From an uncultured Chloroflexia bacterium (GTDB taxonomy: Bacteria > Chloroflexota > Anaerolineae > B4-G1 > SLSP01): a DNA stretch of 64,000 nucleotides. Shown piece by piece: positions 45,605 through 56,006 of this stretch. The stretch lies in assembly GCA_963751345.1 (NCBI GenBank), contig CAVVUS010000021.1, positions 32,001-96,000 of the forward strand, read 5' to 3'. The first letter of the stretch is position 1; each line of letters opens with the position of its first letter. Position numbers and translations under genes: made by a program. The notes under the pieces are model-generated. The model was not told the DNA's origin and searched no databases. It was given only the letters and a program-made list of their open reading frames with translations.

Positions 45605-46695
45605 TCACCATCAGATCGCCACCCCTCTGCCTCCTCGGCACGAAGTGCCTGGGCTGCCTCAATCATAGCCAGGTACCCCTCGACAGGCACGTACTCCGGG
45701 ATCGAGTTTCCTGAACCGAGGGCATAGCCTTTCGCCTGACGACGGAAGCGTCGCCCCATCTCGACGACCCGCTCGAAGATCTTGTCGGGCGCCTCGCGGC
45801 AAAGGATGTCGACGTCCACGCCGCCGACGAGGGCGATGCGATCGCCAAAACGCTCAATCCAGGTGCCGAAGGGTGCGATCACATCTTCATTCGAATGCTT
45901 GGCATCGATCCCAACATCGATCATATCGTCCATGATGCTGAGAATGTTGCCGCAGGAATGCCAGAGGAACGGGCGTCCGGCAGCATGGACGAGGTCGATC
46001 ACCCGGCGATATTGGGGCACCATGTGGGTGCGAATAACGCGCGGTGCGACCAATGTGCTTACCTTGTACCCTTGATCGTCGCCGGCGCGGCACACGGCGA
46101 AGAGATCGGTATATCGCTCCAGAAATCTCCGCCAGATCGTGACCATCAGATCGCCAATCCTGCGATAGAGGTCGGCGTAGAGCTCCGGGTCGTCGTGCGA
46201 CATGTAGGCGAGATATTCATAGCCCACCAGATCCTCGCTGATCTCGAAGATGCCGTTGCCCACCCCACCCAACGCCCTCATCCCCGGCGGCATCGCCGCG
46301 GCCAATGCCGCAAACCGGCGCTCCGCGGCGGCCCAGAAAAGGTTGGGAAGCTCATCCCAGGGATAGCGCTCGAAATCTGCCCGATTCTGGATCGGCCCGG
46401 GGTGCTCGCCCAACAGCGCGCCGCCGCCGGGCAGGATCTCGGTGATGCAGACCTCGTAGGAGACCGTGTCGTAGGTCATTCCGTGGTAGAAATCGCAATA
46501 GTGCTTGAAGAACTCCGCAAGGTCGGCGTCGTCACCGCCCGCCAAAGCCCCGAACTGAGTATTCGTGGCCTTCTCCATGAATTCGGGGTTGATCAAGTGC
46601 TCGTAGACCGGCAGGCGCTCAGGCCGTCGATTGTAGGCTACGTTCACCATATGCCGGTAGTCCGGCTGGAACCGCGCGTCAACGTAAGGCGTCAT
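45601..46695 (-). CDS. URO-D / MtaA-like family protein (copy 3)
   Basis: AAGGAG RBS before ATG 46695; AGDDQGYK, WHSCG, GGVDVD, LGSGNSIP; stop overlaps the GRE start (GTGA). Confidence 0.87.
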   Translation of the reverse strand: MTPYVDARFQPDYRHMVNVAYNRRPERLPVYEHLINPEFMEKATNTQFGALAGGDDADLAEFFKHYCDFYHGMTYDTVSYEVCITEILPGGGALLGEHPGPIQNRADFERYPWDELPNLFWAAAERRFAALAAAMPPGMRALGGVGNGIFEISEDLVGYEYLAYMSHDDPELYADLYRRIGDLMVTIWRRFLERYTDLFAVCRAGDDQGYKVSTLVAPRVIRTHMVPQYRRVIDLVHAAGRPFLWHSCGNILSIMDDMIDVGIDAKHSNEDVIAPFGTWIERFGDRIALVGGVDVDILCREAPDKIFERVVEMGRRFRRQAKGYALGSGNSIPEYVPVEGYLAMIEAAQALRAEEAEGWRSDGE

Positions 46696-46726
46696 GCATA
46701 CTCCTTGAAATGTCTGAATCCGTGAT

Positions 46727-46897
46727 TCAGAATGGCCACAGGCAGCCGCGGCGTCGTGGGCGGAGCGGTGGGCCCACGAGCGGTCCCCTGGGCGGCACGC
46801 GCCGCAGCCGCCACAGCCCGCGGCGCATCCGCATTCCGGCCAGCCGTCCGCGCTCCAACCCACGGTTGATCCTACGTGCAATCCGTCTCGGTCGCAT
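46727..46897 (-). CDS. Putative 56-aa arginine-rich small protein
   Basis: GAGGAGGT 5 nt before ATG; fills the gap between two co-directional genes; too short for the ORF track. Confidence 0.55.
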   Translation of the reverse strand: MRPRRIARRINRGLERGRLAGMRMRRGLWRLRRVPPRGPLVGPPLRPRRRGCLWPF

Positions 46898-46944
46898 TGA
46901 AGACCTCCTCGCTCGTCACTGATTTCTGATCACGCGTCAACTCG

Positions 46945-48990
46945 TCAATCTGAACTCACCATCTCTACCATCTGGTGCCCCTCGACCTTCGGCACCGTGA
47001 AGGTGACGTGACCGTCGTTCCGGTCGAAGTCGATGGCCTCGCCCTGCGGCACGAGGGCGACCCCGGTCACCGGCGCATCCGTCTTGATGGAAACCCGAAC
47101 GCCATAGAGCGGCACGACGTCCTCGATGACGTCGAAGGCCTCCCCACGCCGCTCCGGCACGTAGTGCAGCAGGTGCAGCACAAGCCGGCCCTGGTCCGGC
47201 TGGCGGTTGAGCGCAGCAATCGTCGCCGTGGGAGCCTCAACAGTGACCACCGGATCAGGCAGCAGACGTGCCAGCGCGTTGAGGAACAGCTGCTTGCACC
47301 ACCTCGGCGCCTTGGTCTGATACTGGCTGAAGATGGGGTGGCTGAAATAGATGACCCTGCCCGACTGGACGACGGCCGGGTGCGAGATACGGCCCGACGA
47401 GGGGGCCTGCCGGTGCGAGCAGAAGTGCTTGTAGGTGCGATCGAAGTAGGGCGCCACGACGTCGGCCAGCACCTCGGTGCCGGGCTTGGCCTCGATCAGC
47501 ATGCCGCGCATGGTCATCACGTGCTCGGTGGGTGGCAGGCCCTCGCCCACGGCCTCTCGGGGCACAACGTACTCGGCGTAGTTGTGCGCAGGATACTCCC
47601 GACCGCGCACGAGCGCCCCGCTCGGGTCGCGAGGGCCCTCCCCCACAAGCCGCACGCCCAGGCTATCGAAGCTGAATGCCGTCTGCGCTCCATCCATCCC
47701 CGACGCGAAGGAGGCGATGATCGCACCGCCGCCGGCAAGATAGGCCTGCAGCTTCGCCCCCAACTCGCCCTCGACGGGCACCTTGTCTGGAAGCACGAGC
47801 ACGCGGTAGCGACCGAAATCGCCCTGCGCATCGATGACGTCGAACTGGTGCTTGCCCTCCTGCAACATCCGCACGGCGCCCATCATCGGCCTGAAGTCGA
47901 TCTGGCTCCGATTGAGACCGGGGTCAAAGGCCTCGGGCGTCAGGACGCCTATCTCGGCTACCTGCTCCGCCCCGACGCACCAGGGCTCCTTGGCCTCGAC
48001 CTGTGCGTAGACGGGGGCGATCAGGTCGTAGGTGTAGGGGTCGAGCACGCCACGGGGGTGGAGTTGGTCGCCCACGCAGACCTTGGCGTTGAGCGCCAGC
48101 ATATGGTAGCACTCGAACGCCAGCGCCGCCGGGTTCTTGTACGAATGAAAGTCACCCCACGACGTATGGAACTTACCCGTCATTCCCAGGAATTCCATAC
48201 CGAGCGTCCGGGTGTACCGCGCCGTGATCGGGAAGTGGAGATAGCCCCACCCGCCGCTGGGCAGCGATTCCAGCTCCAGGTGCGTGAAAGCGTCAAGCAT
48301 CTCACGATGGCGCGGGCCGACGTGTCCGGCGTTGAAGAAGACCAGCGCATCGGGATGCTGCGCGTGCACGTGGGCGCTCAGTTCGCGCACAAAGGTGTGG
48401 AGCACCTGCCGCGCGTAGGCCATCCGGTCCTCCAGCTTCGAGGGCTCCAGCCCCTGGGCGAGCATACCCTCCCGGCAGTAGTGGCACGAGCAGTCTCGCG
48501 CATCGACGATGTCGAACCAGAACCCGTCCACGGGCAGACTAGCCATGACATCGTCGACGATAGCCTTGAAGTGGTCGACATAGGGCGTGTTGAGACACAG
48601 CAGATGCCAGAAGCCGTCCTCGTAGGGTTCGGGGCCGACGAGCCGCCCCTTGGCGTCCATCACGCGCCACTCGGGATGCAACTGGGCGAGGTGCTCGTTG
48701 GTCTGCACCGACACGTAGATCGGTGTCGCGATCCCACGCGCGTGGCACGCCTCGATCTGCTCCGTGAGCAGGTCCCGCGTCAGATGTGGATGGCGGTACT
48801 CGGGAAATCGCTCCGAATTGTAGTAGAGCCAGCCGTGATGCCCCAGCGCAAACATGTTGATGGAGTTCACGTGCGCCCGCGCTAACGTCTCGGCGAAGAC
48901 CTCGGGGTCGAAGTCGGCTCCCACGCCGTCGATTGCCTCACTGGTATGGAAGTCGAGATGGATCTGGCGGAAAGGAAGAGCGTGTTGCAT
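46945..48990 (-). CDS. GH151-like (GHL6) alpha-L-fucosidase with trimerisation domain
   Basis: FRQIHLDFHTSE, LCLNTPY, DGFWFDI, LELESLPSGGWGY, GKFHTSWGDF, GDQLHP. Confidence 0.82.
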   Translation of the reverse strand: MQHALPFRQIHLDFHTSEAIDGVGADFDPEVFAETLARAHVNSINMFALGHHGWLYYNSERFPEYRHPHLTRDLLTEQIEACHARGIATPIYVSVQTNEHLAQLHPEWRVMDAKGRLVGPEPYEDGFWHLLCLNTPYVDHFKAIVDDVMASLPVDGFWFDIVDARDCSCHYCREGMLAQGLEPSKLEDRMAYARQVLHTFVRELSAHVHAQHPDALVFFNAGHVGPRHREMLDAFTHLELESLPSGGWGYLHFPITARYTRTLGMEFLGMTGKFHTSWGDFHSYKNPAALAFECYHMLALNAKVCVGDQLHPRGVLDPYTYDLIAPVYAQVEAKEPWCVGAEQVAEIGVLTPEAFDPGLNRSQIDFRPMMGAVRMLQEGKHQFDVIDAQGDFGRYRVLVLPDKVPVEGELGAKLQAYLAGGGAIIASFASGMDGAQTAFSFDSLGVRLVGEGPRDPSGALVRGREYPAHNYAEYVVPREAVGEGLPPTEHVMTMRGMLIEAKPGTEVLADVVAPYFDRTYKHFCSHRQAPSSGRISHPAVVQSGRVIYFSHPIFSQYQTKAPRWCKQLFLNALARLLPDPVVTVEAPTATIAALNRQPDQGRLVLHLLHYVPERRGEAFDVIEDVVPLYGVRVSIKTDAPVTGVALVPQGEAIDFDRNDGHVTFTVPKVEGHQMVEMVSSD

Positions 48991-49082
48991 CGAAAGACCT
49001 CCGTGCTAATCGCTTATTGTTCTCAAACTGACAAGGCCAAGGAATGAGCAACCTCGGCAAAGCCACCGCTAATCGCCACCCG

Positions 49083-50240
49083 TCACTCGTTAGGTGCCGC
49101 CACCGGGCTAATGCGCAGCACTGCCACGTCGTGGCGGTCGACGTACGCAGTGAAGCTGCTGGTGAAGACGCCGAGATCCTCGTGCGTCCAGAGGTCGCGG
49201 ACGCGGCAGGGCCGGCGGTCGTGGAGACCGAGCGTCTCCCACGCGACGGCGATGCGGCGGTCGTCGCGCTCGCCCAGGTTGAACAGCCCAACGGCCACCG
49301 AACCATCCTGCAAGGGCTTCGCCCAGGTCACGGCAATGTCGGACGCCCACGGCACGCGCCCTACCTGGTATCCCTGACGTCCCAGGGGATCCTGATTCAC
49401 CGCGATGAGCTCGGGATTGAGCAAGATCGACTTCGTCACAGGGCTCATCGCGCGCACATCACAGCCGATCATCAACGGGGAAGCCAACAGACACCACAGA
49501 CTGAAGTGGCTGCGGTACTCGGCGTCCGTACACCCGCCGCGGGCGGCGTTTCCCTTCCCGTACATACCGACCACGAGCATGTCCGGATCGTTCCAGCGCC
49601 CCGGACCTGCGTACGCCTCCAGACCAACCTGCTGCTCGAAGCCGATCCGCAGGATCGACTCCCAGGAGTCGTTGATGTCGCCGGTGGTGCGCCACATATG
49701 GCCGCCCGTGCTCGCACCCCACTCCCACGGCTTGTGTGAGCCCCACTCGCAAAGACTGAAGAGGATGGGACGACCGGTGGCGCGCAGCGCCTGGCCCATT
49801 CGCCGGTAGAGCATTGGGCCGTCGACGCCCGCGGGCGCGTAGCAGTAGTCATACTTGAGGAAATCCACACCCCATTCGGCGAAGGTCTGGGCATCGACTT
49901 CCTCGTATCCGTAACTGGCGGGCTTGCCGGCGCACGTGTGGCTGCCCGCACAGGAATAGATCCCGAACTTGAGCCCTTTGCTGTGGACGGCGTCCGCAAG
50001 GGCGGGAATGCCGTGGGGGAAGATAGCGGGATCCCAGGTCAGGCGCCCGTTCACGCGCGCGTCCGCCTCCCAGAGATCGTCGATCACGACGTACTCGTAA
50101 CCCGCGTCCTTGAGGCCCTCTTCGACCATCGCATCAGCAGTCTCAAGAACGACCGCTTCACTGATCCTGCCGCCGAACGTGTTCCAACTGTTCCACCCCA
50201 TCGGGGGCGTCAGGGCAAGTGTAGACAAGAGATCGGGCAT
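49083..50240 (-). CDS. GH27 alpha-galactosidase
   Basis: TPPMGWNSWN, IDDLW, LKYDYC, WRTTGDI, WNDPDML, AVNQDPLG. Confidence 0.93.
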   Translation of the reverse strand: MPDLLSTLALTPPMGWNSWNTFGGRISEAVVLETADAMVEEGLKDAGYEYVVIDDLWEADARVNGRLTWDPAIFPHGIPALADAVHSKGLKFGIYSCAGSHTCAGKPASYGYEEVDAQTFAEWGVDFLKYDYCYAPAGVDGPMLYRRMGQALRATGRPILFSLCEWGSHKPWEWGASTGGHMWRTTGDINDSWESILRIGFEQQVGLEAYAGPGRWNDPDMLVVGMYGKGNAARGGCTDAEYRSHFSLWCLLASPLMIGCDVRAMSPVTKSILLNPELIAVNQDPLGRQGYQVGRVPWASDIAVTWAKPLQDGSVAVGLFNLGERDDRRIAVAWETLGLHDRRPCRVRDLWTHEDLGVFTSSFTAYVDRHDVAVLRISPVAAPNE

Positions 50241-50314
50241 CGTTGGCACCTCCGCACGTAGATGATCTGACTAACGTAGCTTACGCCGGTGCTGCACAAT
50301 GGCAAATAACGACA

Positions 50315-50344
50315 GTGAGGCCAACGGATACCCGTTGGCCTCAC
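50315..50344 (-). terminator. Hairpin after the S8 protease
   Basis: GTGAGGCCAACGG-atac-CCGTTGGCCTCAC, perfect 13-bp stem. Confidence 0.7.
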
Positions 50345-50379
50345 GTGAAGCTTGCTCAGACTGCCGAGGACGTTCGATG

Positions 50380-53300
50380 CTAGGGTGCTGCCTTGGCGAC
50401 AATCGGCAGATAGAGATGAGAACCTACCTCGACAACCGCCGTGTCTCCGACCGCCTTGTGTGTGTACTCGTCCATCGCCTCGACGTACACGGTGTAGAAG
50501 CCGTTTTGGAGATACTGATGCTCGGCAGACGGCGCTGTCGTGTACTGGATCGGCGAGCCATCGCCGAAGTCCCAGGCATAGTAGATGGCCTCCGTGCCGA
50601 TGGTCGCGGACATTGTGGCCGTCACGTTGACGAACTTCAGCGGCCCTGCGGCCATATACGATGGCTGATCGAAGGAGACCATCACCTGGTCATCCAACCA
50701 GTCGAAGAGTGTACCCACCAACTCCTCCCGGGTATTGTAGCCCGTGTCGTTGTTCACACCCTCCACCCCAAAGCCCAGGTAGGCCACGCGCCACGAGTAT
50801 TCCTCGTACACCAGCGGATTCTGGATGCGCTCGATCGTCGGCTCATACGAGCTCTTGACACCAACCACACCATCTTGAACTGCCGAGACCGTGTTCGGGA
50901 TCTGGAAGAGCGGGCCCGTGTCGATGTCGCTGTAGTAGAGCGGGTCGAGTTCGTCGACATAGGCTTGATTCCCCGCACCATCACCACCGGGAAGTGCATC
51001 GAAGACCATGTCCTTCAGGAATGGCGCGACATCCTGCATACCCACAGCCATCGGGAAGGTGCCGTCCACCAGCGGTGTGTTGGCCGCGCCACGCATGAAC
51101 GGCCAACTGTACAGACCATCGTTACCCAGCGCATCCTGTCCTGTGATAAGCATCTTGCCGCCCATCGCGAGGTACATCCGGATATCGTCAGCGATGGGGT
51201 CAAGCCAGTAGACGTAATTGTCACCCGTGAAGACAATGACCTTATCGTAGAGGTCAAGTACTGCACGGTCAGGATAGTAAAGGAGAGCACCGATATCCCA
51301 GGTGTCGTAAGCTACGCTCAAGCTATCGAGCGTGCTCGTGTAGTAGCCCTGATAGTTCCCGCCTCCGCCGAGCTGATTCATATCGAAGTCCACCAGCAGG
51401 ACATCGGCCGTAGCACCAGGCGTCACGCGCACCCAGTAGGGGATATGCGCGACGTGTTCCGTGCCGCTGATGACGATATCGCCCTCCAGGTCCATGAAGG
51501 GCGCACCGGGGCCTACATCGACGGTAAGGGTGAAGGGCATAGTGCCCCCGGCAGCCATCGCAAGGTCAGCAGCACTAAGGGTGAAGGTGACCTGGCCAGT
51601 GGCCGTGACCCACTCATCGACACTCAAGGTATAGGTCTCCACGGTCCCCGCCACATCAGCAGCCGAGATGACCTCACTCATTTCCCCGCCCTGTGGCACC
51701 ACACCGAAGCTGACGCTCGGCTTGTCAAAGGTGAGCCCAGGATCCGACGCCTCGCCCAGGTCGATGCGACCCGAGCCCTGCGTCATGATGTCGGCGAGTG
51801 TGGTCTCGTCGGTGTCGAGGATCGTCTGGCTGGCAGTGCTCATCAGCGCGCTCTTGACCTGCGCGGGCGTCCAGTCAGGATGGGCGGCCAACAACAGGGC
51901 CGCGGACCCCGTCACGTGGGGTGAGGCCATGCTGGTGCCGTTGAGCGGCTGATAGGTACCGCCGGGCTTGGCGCTGAGGATGTTGACACCGGGGGCCACG
52001 AGATCAGGCTTGATCAGCAACGTGGCATCCGGCCCTCGTGAGCTAAACTCGGCGATCACGTCCGGCGTTTCGACGGTCCACGCCGAGACCGGATAGCCGA
52101 TATCGGTCCTGGCCGTATCGGTGTAGGTCTCCCACCAGTCGACCATATCCACGCCTAGATCATGGGCGATCATGACCGTGTAGATGTCACGGTTGCCCGC
52201 CGTAAAGCCACCCTTCCACGTCCGGGCGGCATCCGTGTACATGATCACGGCCGATGCACCCTGGTCGATAGCGTTGTCCAACTTGTCCGTGAAATTGTAC
52301 GTTCCCCGTGGGATCAGAGCAATCCATCCGTCAGCGGTATACGGCGCCGTCTGGGTGATACCGACGGTGACGCCCGCCAACGTAGTGTCGGGGATCCCCA
52401 GCAGATCGCAGGGGATATAGGGCAGCGGCCCGATCGTCATCGTGGGATAGGCCGAGGGTGCGATGTCCGCGAATTGGTTGCCGGGGAACATCTGTAGTGT
52501 GTCGGTCACCGGCGTGGGCGCCGTCACGTGCAACGTGTTGTAAAAGGCGCGCGACGTGGTGCTCGCGCCCACCTGGATGAACTTGTCCGATGTGGGATTG
52601 CCGACGGTATTGTAGTTGGGTCCGGCATTCCCGGCGGAGAACACAATCACGATGCCCGCATCGGCGGCAGCCTCATAGGCCTGCACGAGGGGATCATTAG
52701 AGGGCATCACGAAGGTATCGCTGCCCCAACTGTTATTGATGACGTCTGCGCCATCGGAGACGGCATCCTCCAACGCACCGGCAAGCATGATGTTGGAGCC
52801 ACTGCCATTGCCATCAGGGGTAAGATAGAGCCCCTTGTAGATCATCAGCCACGCCCCGGGCGCGACACCTGAGATGACCGGACTTGCGGTGCCGTACGTC
52901 GCGGTGACCGTATTGCCGGCTGCGGTGCCCGCCACGTGTGTGCCGTGGTCAACCGCATCCATCGGGCTCAGGAACTCATCCTCACTGACGTCGAAGGTTG
53001 GCATAGAGTTGTTCGCGGCAATGATCTTGCCGTTGCAGAACCCGTCATGATCCGCACAGTAGCCCTTGGGCCACGTGCCGGTAGTCGGGTAATCGAAGTT
53101 GGTCCCGTCGAACATCGGGTGCGTGGGATCGATACCCGTGTCGACGATCGCGACCTTCACCCCTTCGCCGGCCATGCTACGACCACCAAGGGACGACCAC
53201 AGCGCCGGAGCATCAATCAAAGGAAGGCTGTAGTCCATGTCCACAGTGTAGATGGTCTGAGGGGTCACGCGCGTCACACCCGGCAGTGTCATCAGAGCTT

Positions 53301-53691
53301 TGATCGCCTCTAGGCCATTGCCGGACACCTTGACTGCCACGGCGTTGAGCACGACTTGGAAGCTCCGACCGACCTGGGCGCCGGGTATCGCCCGGGCGAG
53401 GTCAAGGGCGAAGAGTGCTTGCTCACCCTTGAGCTTGTTGACGTAGGCCTGACTCGATGCGGTCTGGACGTTAAGTTGTCCGCGTACGGTCATCATGCTC
53501 TGCGCGCCCAGCGACTTCGCCTGAGCAGCAAGCGAGGGCTCCGCGAACTGGACAACGTACCAGCCATCAATGGCCGTTTGCGCCGTGGTTGCCGTGCCGT
53601 CGTCCTGGTTTGGGGCCTGGGCGGCGACCGGCACGACACCGGCAAACAACACAAACAGAAGCAACGTGCTGAACCAACGCATTCCACGCAT
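50380..53691 (-). CDS. Secreted S8 subtilase (Vpr-like: propeptide, PA insert, PKD-like domain)
   Basis: Signal peptide; [24 protein letters not shown]; YAWDFGDG; C-terminal HLYLPIVAK. Confidence 0.93.
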   Translation of the reverse strand: MRGMRWFSTLLLFVLFAGVVPVAAQAPNQDDGTATTAQTAIDGWYVVQFAEPSLAAQAKSLGAQSMMTVRGQLNVQTASSQAYVNKLKGEQALFALDLARAIPGAQVGRSFQVVLNAVAVKVSGNGLEAIKALMTLPGVTRVTPQTIYTVDMDYSLPLIDAPALWSSLGGRSMAGEGVKVAIVDTGIDPTHPMFDGTNFDYPTTGTWPKGYCADHDGFCNGKIIAANNSMPTFDVSEDEFLSPMDAVDHGTHVAGTAAGNTVTATYGTASPVISGVAPGAWLMIYKGLYLTPDGNGSGSNIMLAGALEDAVSDGADVINNSWGSDTFVMPSNDPLVQAYEAAADAGIVIVFSAGNAGPNYNTVGNPTSDKFIQVGASTTSRAFYNTLHVTAPTPVTDTLQMFPGNQFADIAPSAYPTMTIGPLPYIPCDLLGIPDTTLAGVTVGITQTAPYTADGWIALIPRGTYNFTDKLDNAIDQGASAVIMYTDAARTWKGGFTAGNRDIYTVMIAHDLGVDMVDWWETYTDTARTDIGYPVSAWTVETPDVIAEFSSRGPDATLLIKPDLVAPGVNILSAKPGGTYQPLNGTSMASPHVTGSAALLLAAHPDWTPAQVKSALMSTASQTILDTDETTLADIMTQGSGRIDLGEASDPGLTFDKPSVSFGVVPQGGEMSEVISAADVAGTVETYTLSVDEWVTATGQVTFTLSAADLAMAAGGTMPFTLTVDVGPGAPFMDLEGDIVISGTEHVAHIPYWVRVTPGATADVLLVDFDMNQLGGGGNYQGYYTSTLDSLSVAYDTWDIGALLYYPDRAVLDLYDKVIVFTGDNYVYWLDPIADDIRMYLAMGGKMLITGQDALGNDGLYSWPFMRGAANTPLVDGTFPMAVGMQDVAPFLKDMVFDALPGGDGAGNQAYVDELDPLYYSDIDTGPLFQIPNTVSAVQDGVVGVKSSYEPTIERIQNPLVYEEYSWRVAYLGFGVEGVNNDTGYNTREELVGTLFDWLDDQVMVSFDQPSYMAAGPLKFVNVTATMSATIGTEAIYYAWDFGDGSPIQYTTAPSAEHQYLQNGFYTVYVEAMDEYTHKAVGDTAVVEVGSHLYLPIVAKAAP

Positions 53692-53931
53692 GCGGCCTGC
53701 TCCTTTCGGTACCTTGGATTGCATATCGAAACCACACCAAGAGCATGTCTGTCGTGAAGAAAATGTCCTGACCTGCACACCTCCTTTCACAATCAAGCCG
53801 GGTAGTGTCCGGATGCGTAGTATCGACGAGGGTAGGCAATAGAAACGCGGACGAACGCGCAATACTCGATGATCTTCCCCCGCCGACATATGCTGGATTG
53901 GCGCCCCCGCGCCTTCCACACAGCTACCATG

Positions 53932-53960
53932 AGTCTAGCAAGGTAATCTGAGATTGTCAA
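53932..53960 (-). promoter_or_regulatory. Putative sigma70 promoter of the S8 protease
   Basis: TTGACA-N17-TAGACT with TGn extension. Confidence 0.6.
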
Positions 53961-54050
53961 TTTGCCAATCCGGCCGAATGTAGTTCGGGAGGGAAGAACG
54001 GCCGTAGCTCGCTTCCTCTGAACACAAACCTCCCAAAAGCCCCTGGTGTA

Positions 54051-55020
54051 TCAGTGATCGCTCAACTCCGCCTCGGCACGCTCCATCAGCGCCCGCATAT
54101 AGCCGATGGCATACGCGGTGCCGCTGCCCTTGGCGTAGTCTCCGACAAACCGTGGGGTATGATCCAGCGTCATCGATCCGGCATAGCCCACCTCACAGAA
54201 GGTTCTCATCACCTGGTACATATCCATGTAGCCGTCATCGAGGAAGGTCTCGTTGAAGACCGGCAGCGGCGACGTCACGTTGCGGAAGTGGACGATGAAG
54301 ATCTTGTCCATCTCGTGGAAGTGGCGGATGCCATCCAGCACGTTGCCGAACTGCTCGCCGCCCTCAAGCCAACATCCAACGCAGAACTCCATGCCCAGGT
54401 AGGGACTATCGGCGATGGCGAAGGCACGATCATAGGATGCCCAATCCCGGATGAGGCACGGAATGCCGCCCAGGGCGTCGGTCGGTGGATCGTTCGGATG
54501 CAGGGCCAGCCTGACGTCAGCCTCCTCACACACCGGGATCATTCGCTCGGATGAAGTATTCGAAGTTCTCCCAGATCTCGTCCTTGGTGTAGACCCGATC
54601 GTGGGTGAGAGGTCGCTGCTTCATCTCCGCCAGATCGACGTAGCGGGCCTGGGCGCCGCCGCGCGTCGTGCGGGGCTGCGAGCTCCAGACCTGGTCGGGC
54701 TCCCACGTGAACGTCGTATACCGGATACCCGCGCGTCCCAGGTTCCGAACGAAGTCCTGGAACTGCGCGATGACGGCATCGCGTCCGGGCAGACCCAGGT
54801 GGATCTTGTCCGACTTGCCGACGTCCATATTGCCGGTCATATAGAGTTCGAGCCCTGCGCCCTCGACCTTCTCCCGCAGTCTCGAAAGGAACTCGTAGCT
54901 CCGCTGCTCGGGTCGCACCCAGGTGTAGACGCACGGAACGCCAAGCTGCGCCGCGAACTTCAGCTCTTCTTCGTCGGCTTCGGGCCGAATAGCCATCGAG
55001 AACTTCACTTTGCATCCCAT
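54051..55020 (-). CDS. uxuA: Mannonate dehydratase family, frameshift near 54545
   Basis: KIHLGLPGRD, WENFEYF, LALHPNDPP, VHFRNV, ETFLDDG, DHTP, AYAIGY. Confidence 0.85.
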
Positions 55021-55156
55021 CGTCGCCACCTCCGAGCTGTAGGATCATAGCGTTGCGCAAGTGTACGAACATCCGCGCATTCCCGCAAGGAAGCCCGACG
55101 CCCACGGTGAACCCAAGGACGGTTGTTGATGACCCGCTCTATGGTAATATCGCGCT

Positions 55157-55651
55157 ATGGATCAACCTACGCTGGCCAAGGACGTGCAAGCACAGATCAA
55201 GAGCGGCGACCCGATCGCCCTGGTCTACCTATTCGGATCACGGGCTGATGAGGCAGCTCTTGACCGCCTTGGGCCTATGAGTGACTATGACTTCGCCCTG
55301 TTGATCGACCGTGATGACGATGGCAGGCAACTCAAAGCAGATTTCGCTCATGCGATGGCGACGCTGCTTGAGACAGAGGCTATCGACGTGGTGCTGTTGA
55401 GTAACGCTCCCATCGAACTGGCCTATGCCATCATCGCGAAGGGAAAGGTGCTCTATCAGCGCGATACCGCGACCCGCGTGGAGTATGAGGCATACGTGAT
55501 GGGGCGCTATGGCGATTACCTGCCCGTCCTACGTGCTCAGCGCCGAGAGATCCTGGAGGGGGCCGACTATGGAAAGAGAGTTCAGCGGTATCGAGAGGCG
55601 CTTGGACGAACTCGACGAACGCTTGGCAAGATTGCGCCCGATCCAGACTGA
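55157..55651 (+). CDS. mntA: MNT nucleotidyltransferase antitoxin
   Basis: VYLFGSRA...SDYDFALL, IDVVLL..AP; overlaps the HEPN gene. Confidence 0.88.
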   Translation: MDQPTLAKDVQAQIKSGDPIALVYLFGSRADEAALDRLGPMSDYDFALLIDRDDDGRQLKADFAHAMATLLETEAIDVVLLSNAPIELAYAIIAKGKVLYQRDTATRVEYEAYVMGRYGDYLPVLRAQRREILEGADYGKRVQRYREALGRTRRTLGKIAPDPD

Positions 55652-56006
55652 GTCACGCGCTATATTTGATCAAGATCTATATCTGCGTGATATTGTCGAG
55701 CGCAACCTCGAGATTGCGGCACAATGCTGCATCGACATCTGCCACCGAATTATCGCCCTCGAGGGGGCAGAAAAGCCGATAGATTACCACGATGCTATCG
55801 TGCGCGTAGGACAGCTCGGCGTGTTGCCGCCCGAATTCGCCAGGGAGTTGGCGCCCATTGCGGGTTTCCGAAACATCCTCGTGCACGAATACGTTCAGTT
55901 GAATTGGGACGAGGTCTACCGCAATCTCCAGCAACTGGGTGACCTGGAGCGGTTTGCGGATCTGGTACGACACTGGTTATTGGAGAAAGACAAGAATAAT
56001 GACTGA
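55569..56006 (+). CDS. hepT: HEPN/DUF86 ribonuclease toxin
   Basis: VERNLEIAAQCCIDI, GFRNILVHEY (Rx4H with downstream Tyr). Confidence 0.9.
   Translation: MEREFSGIERRLDELDERLARLRPIQTESRAIFDQDLYLRDIVERNLEIAAQCCIDICHRIIALEGAEKPIDYHDAIVRVGQLGVLPPEFARELAPIAGFRNILVHEYVQLNWDEVYRNLQQLGDLERFADLVRHWLLEKDKNND

Noticed and set aside
46696-46881. Cys-rich N-terminal extension (CGCAAGCGGCGAC) on the URO-D ORF
   Set aside because: URO-D has its own RBS at ATG 46695. The Cys pattern is an alternative-frame reading of the GC-rich Arg-rich ORF.
46975-48885. Long antisense ORFs (also 6002..7651, 16097..17383, 21330..22556, 50299..51924)
   Set aside because: They shadow well-supported genes on the other strand, as expected with high-GC codon bias, and carry no recognisable motifs.
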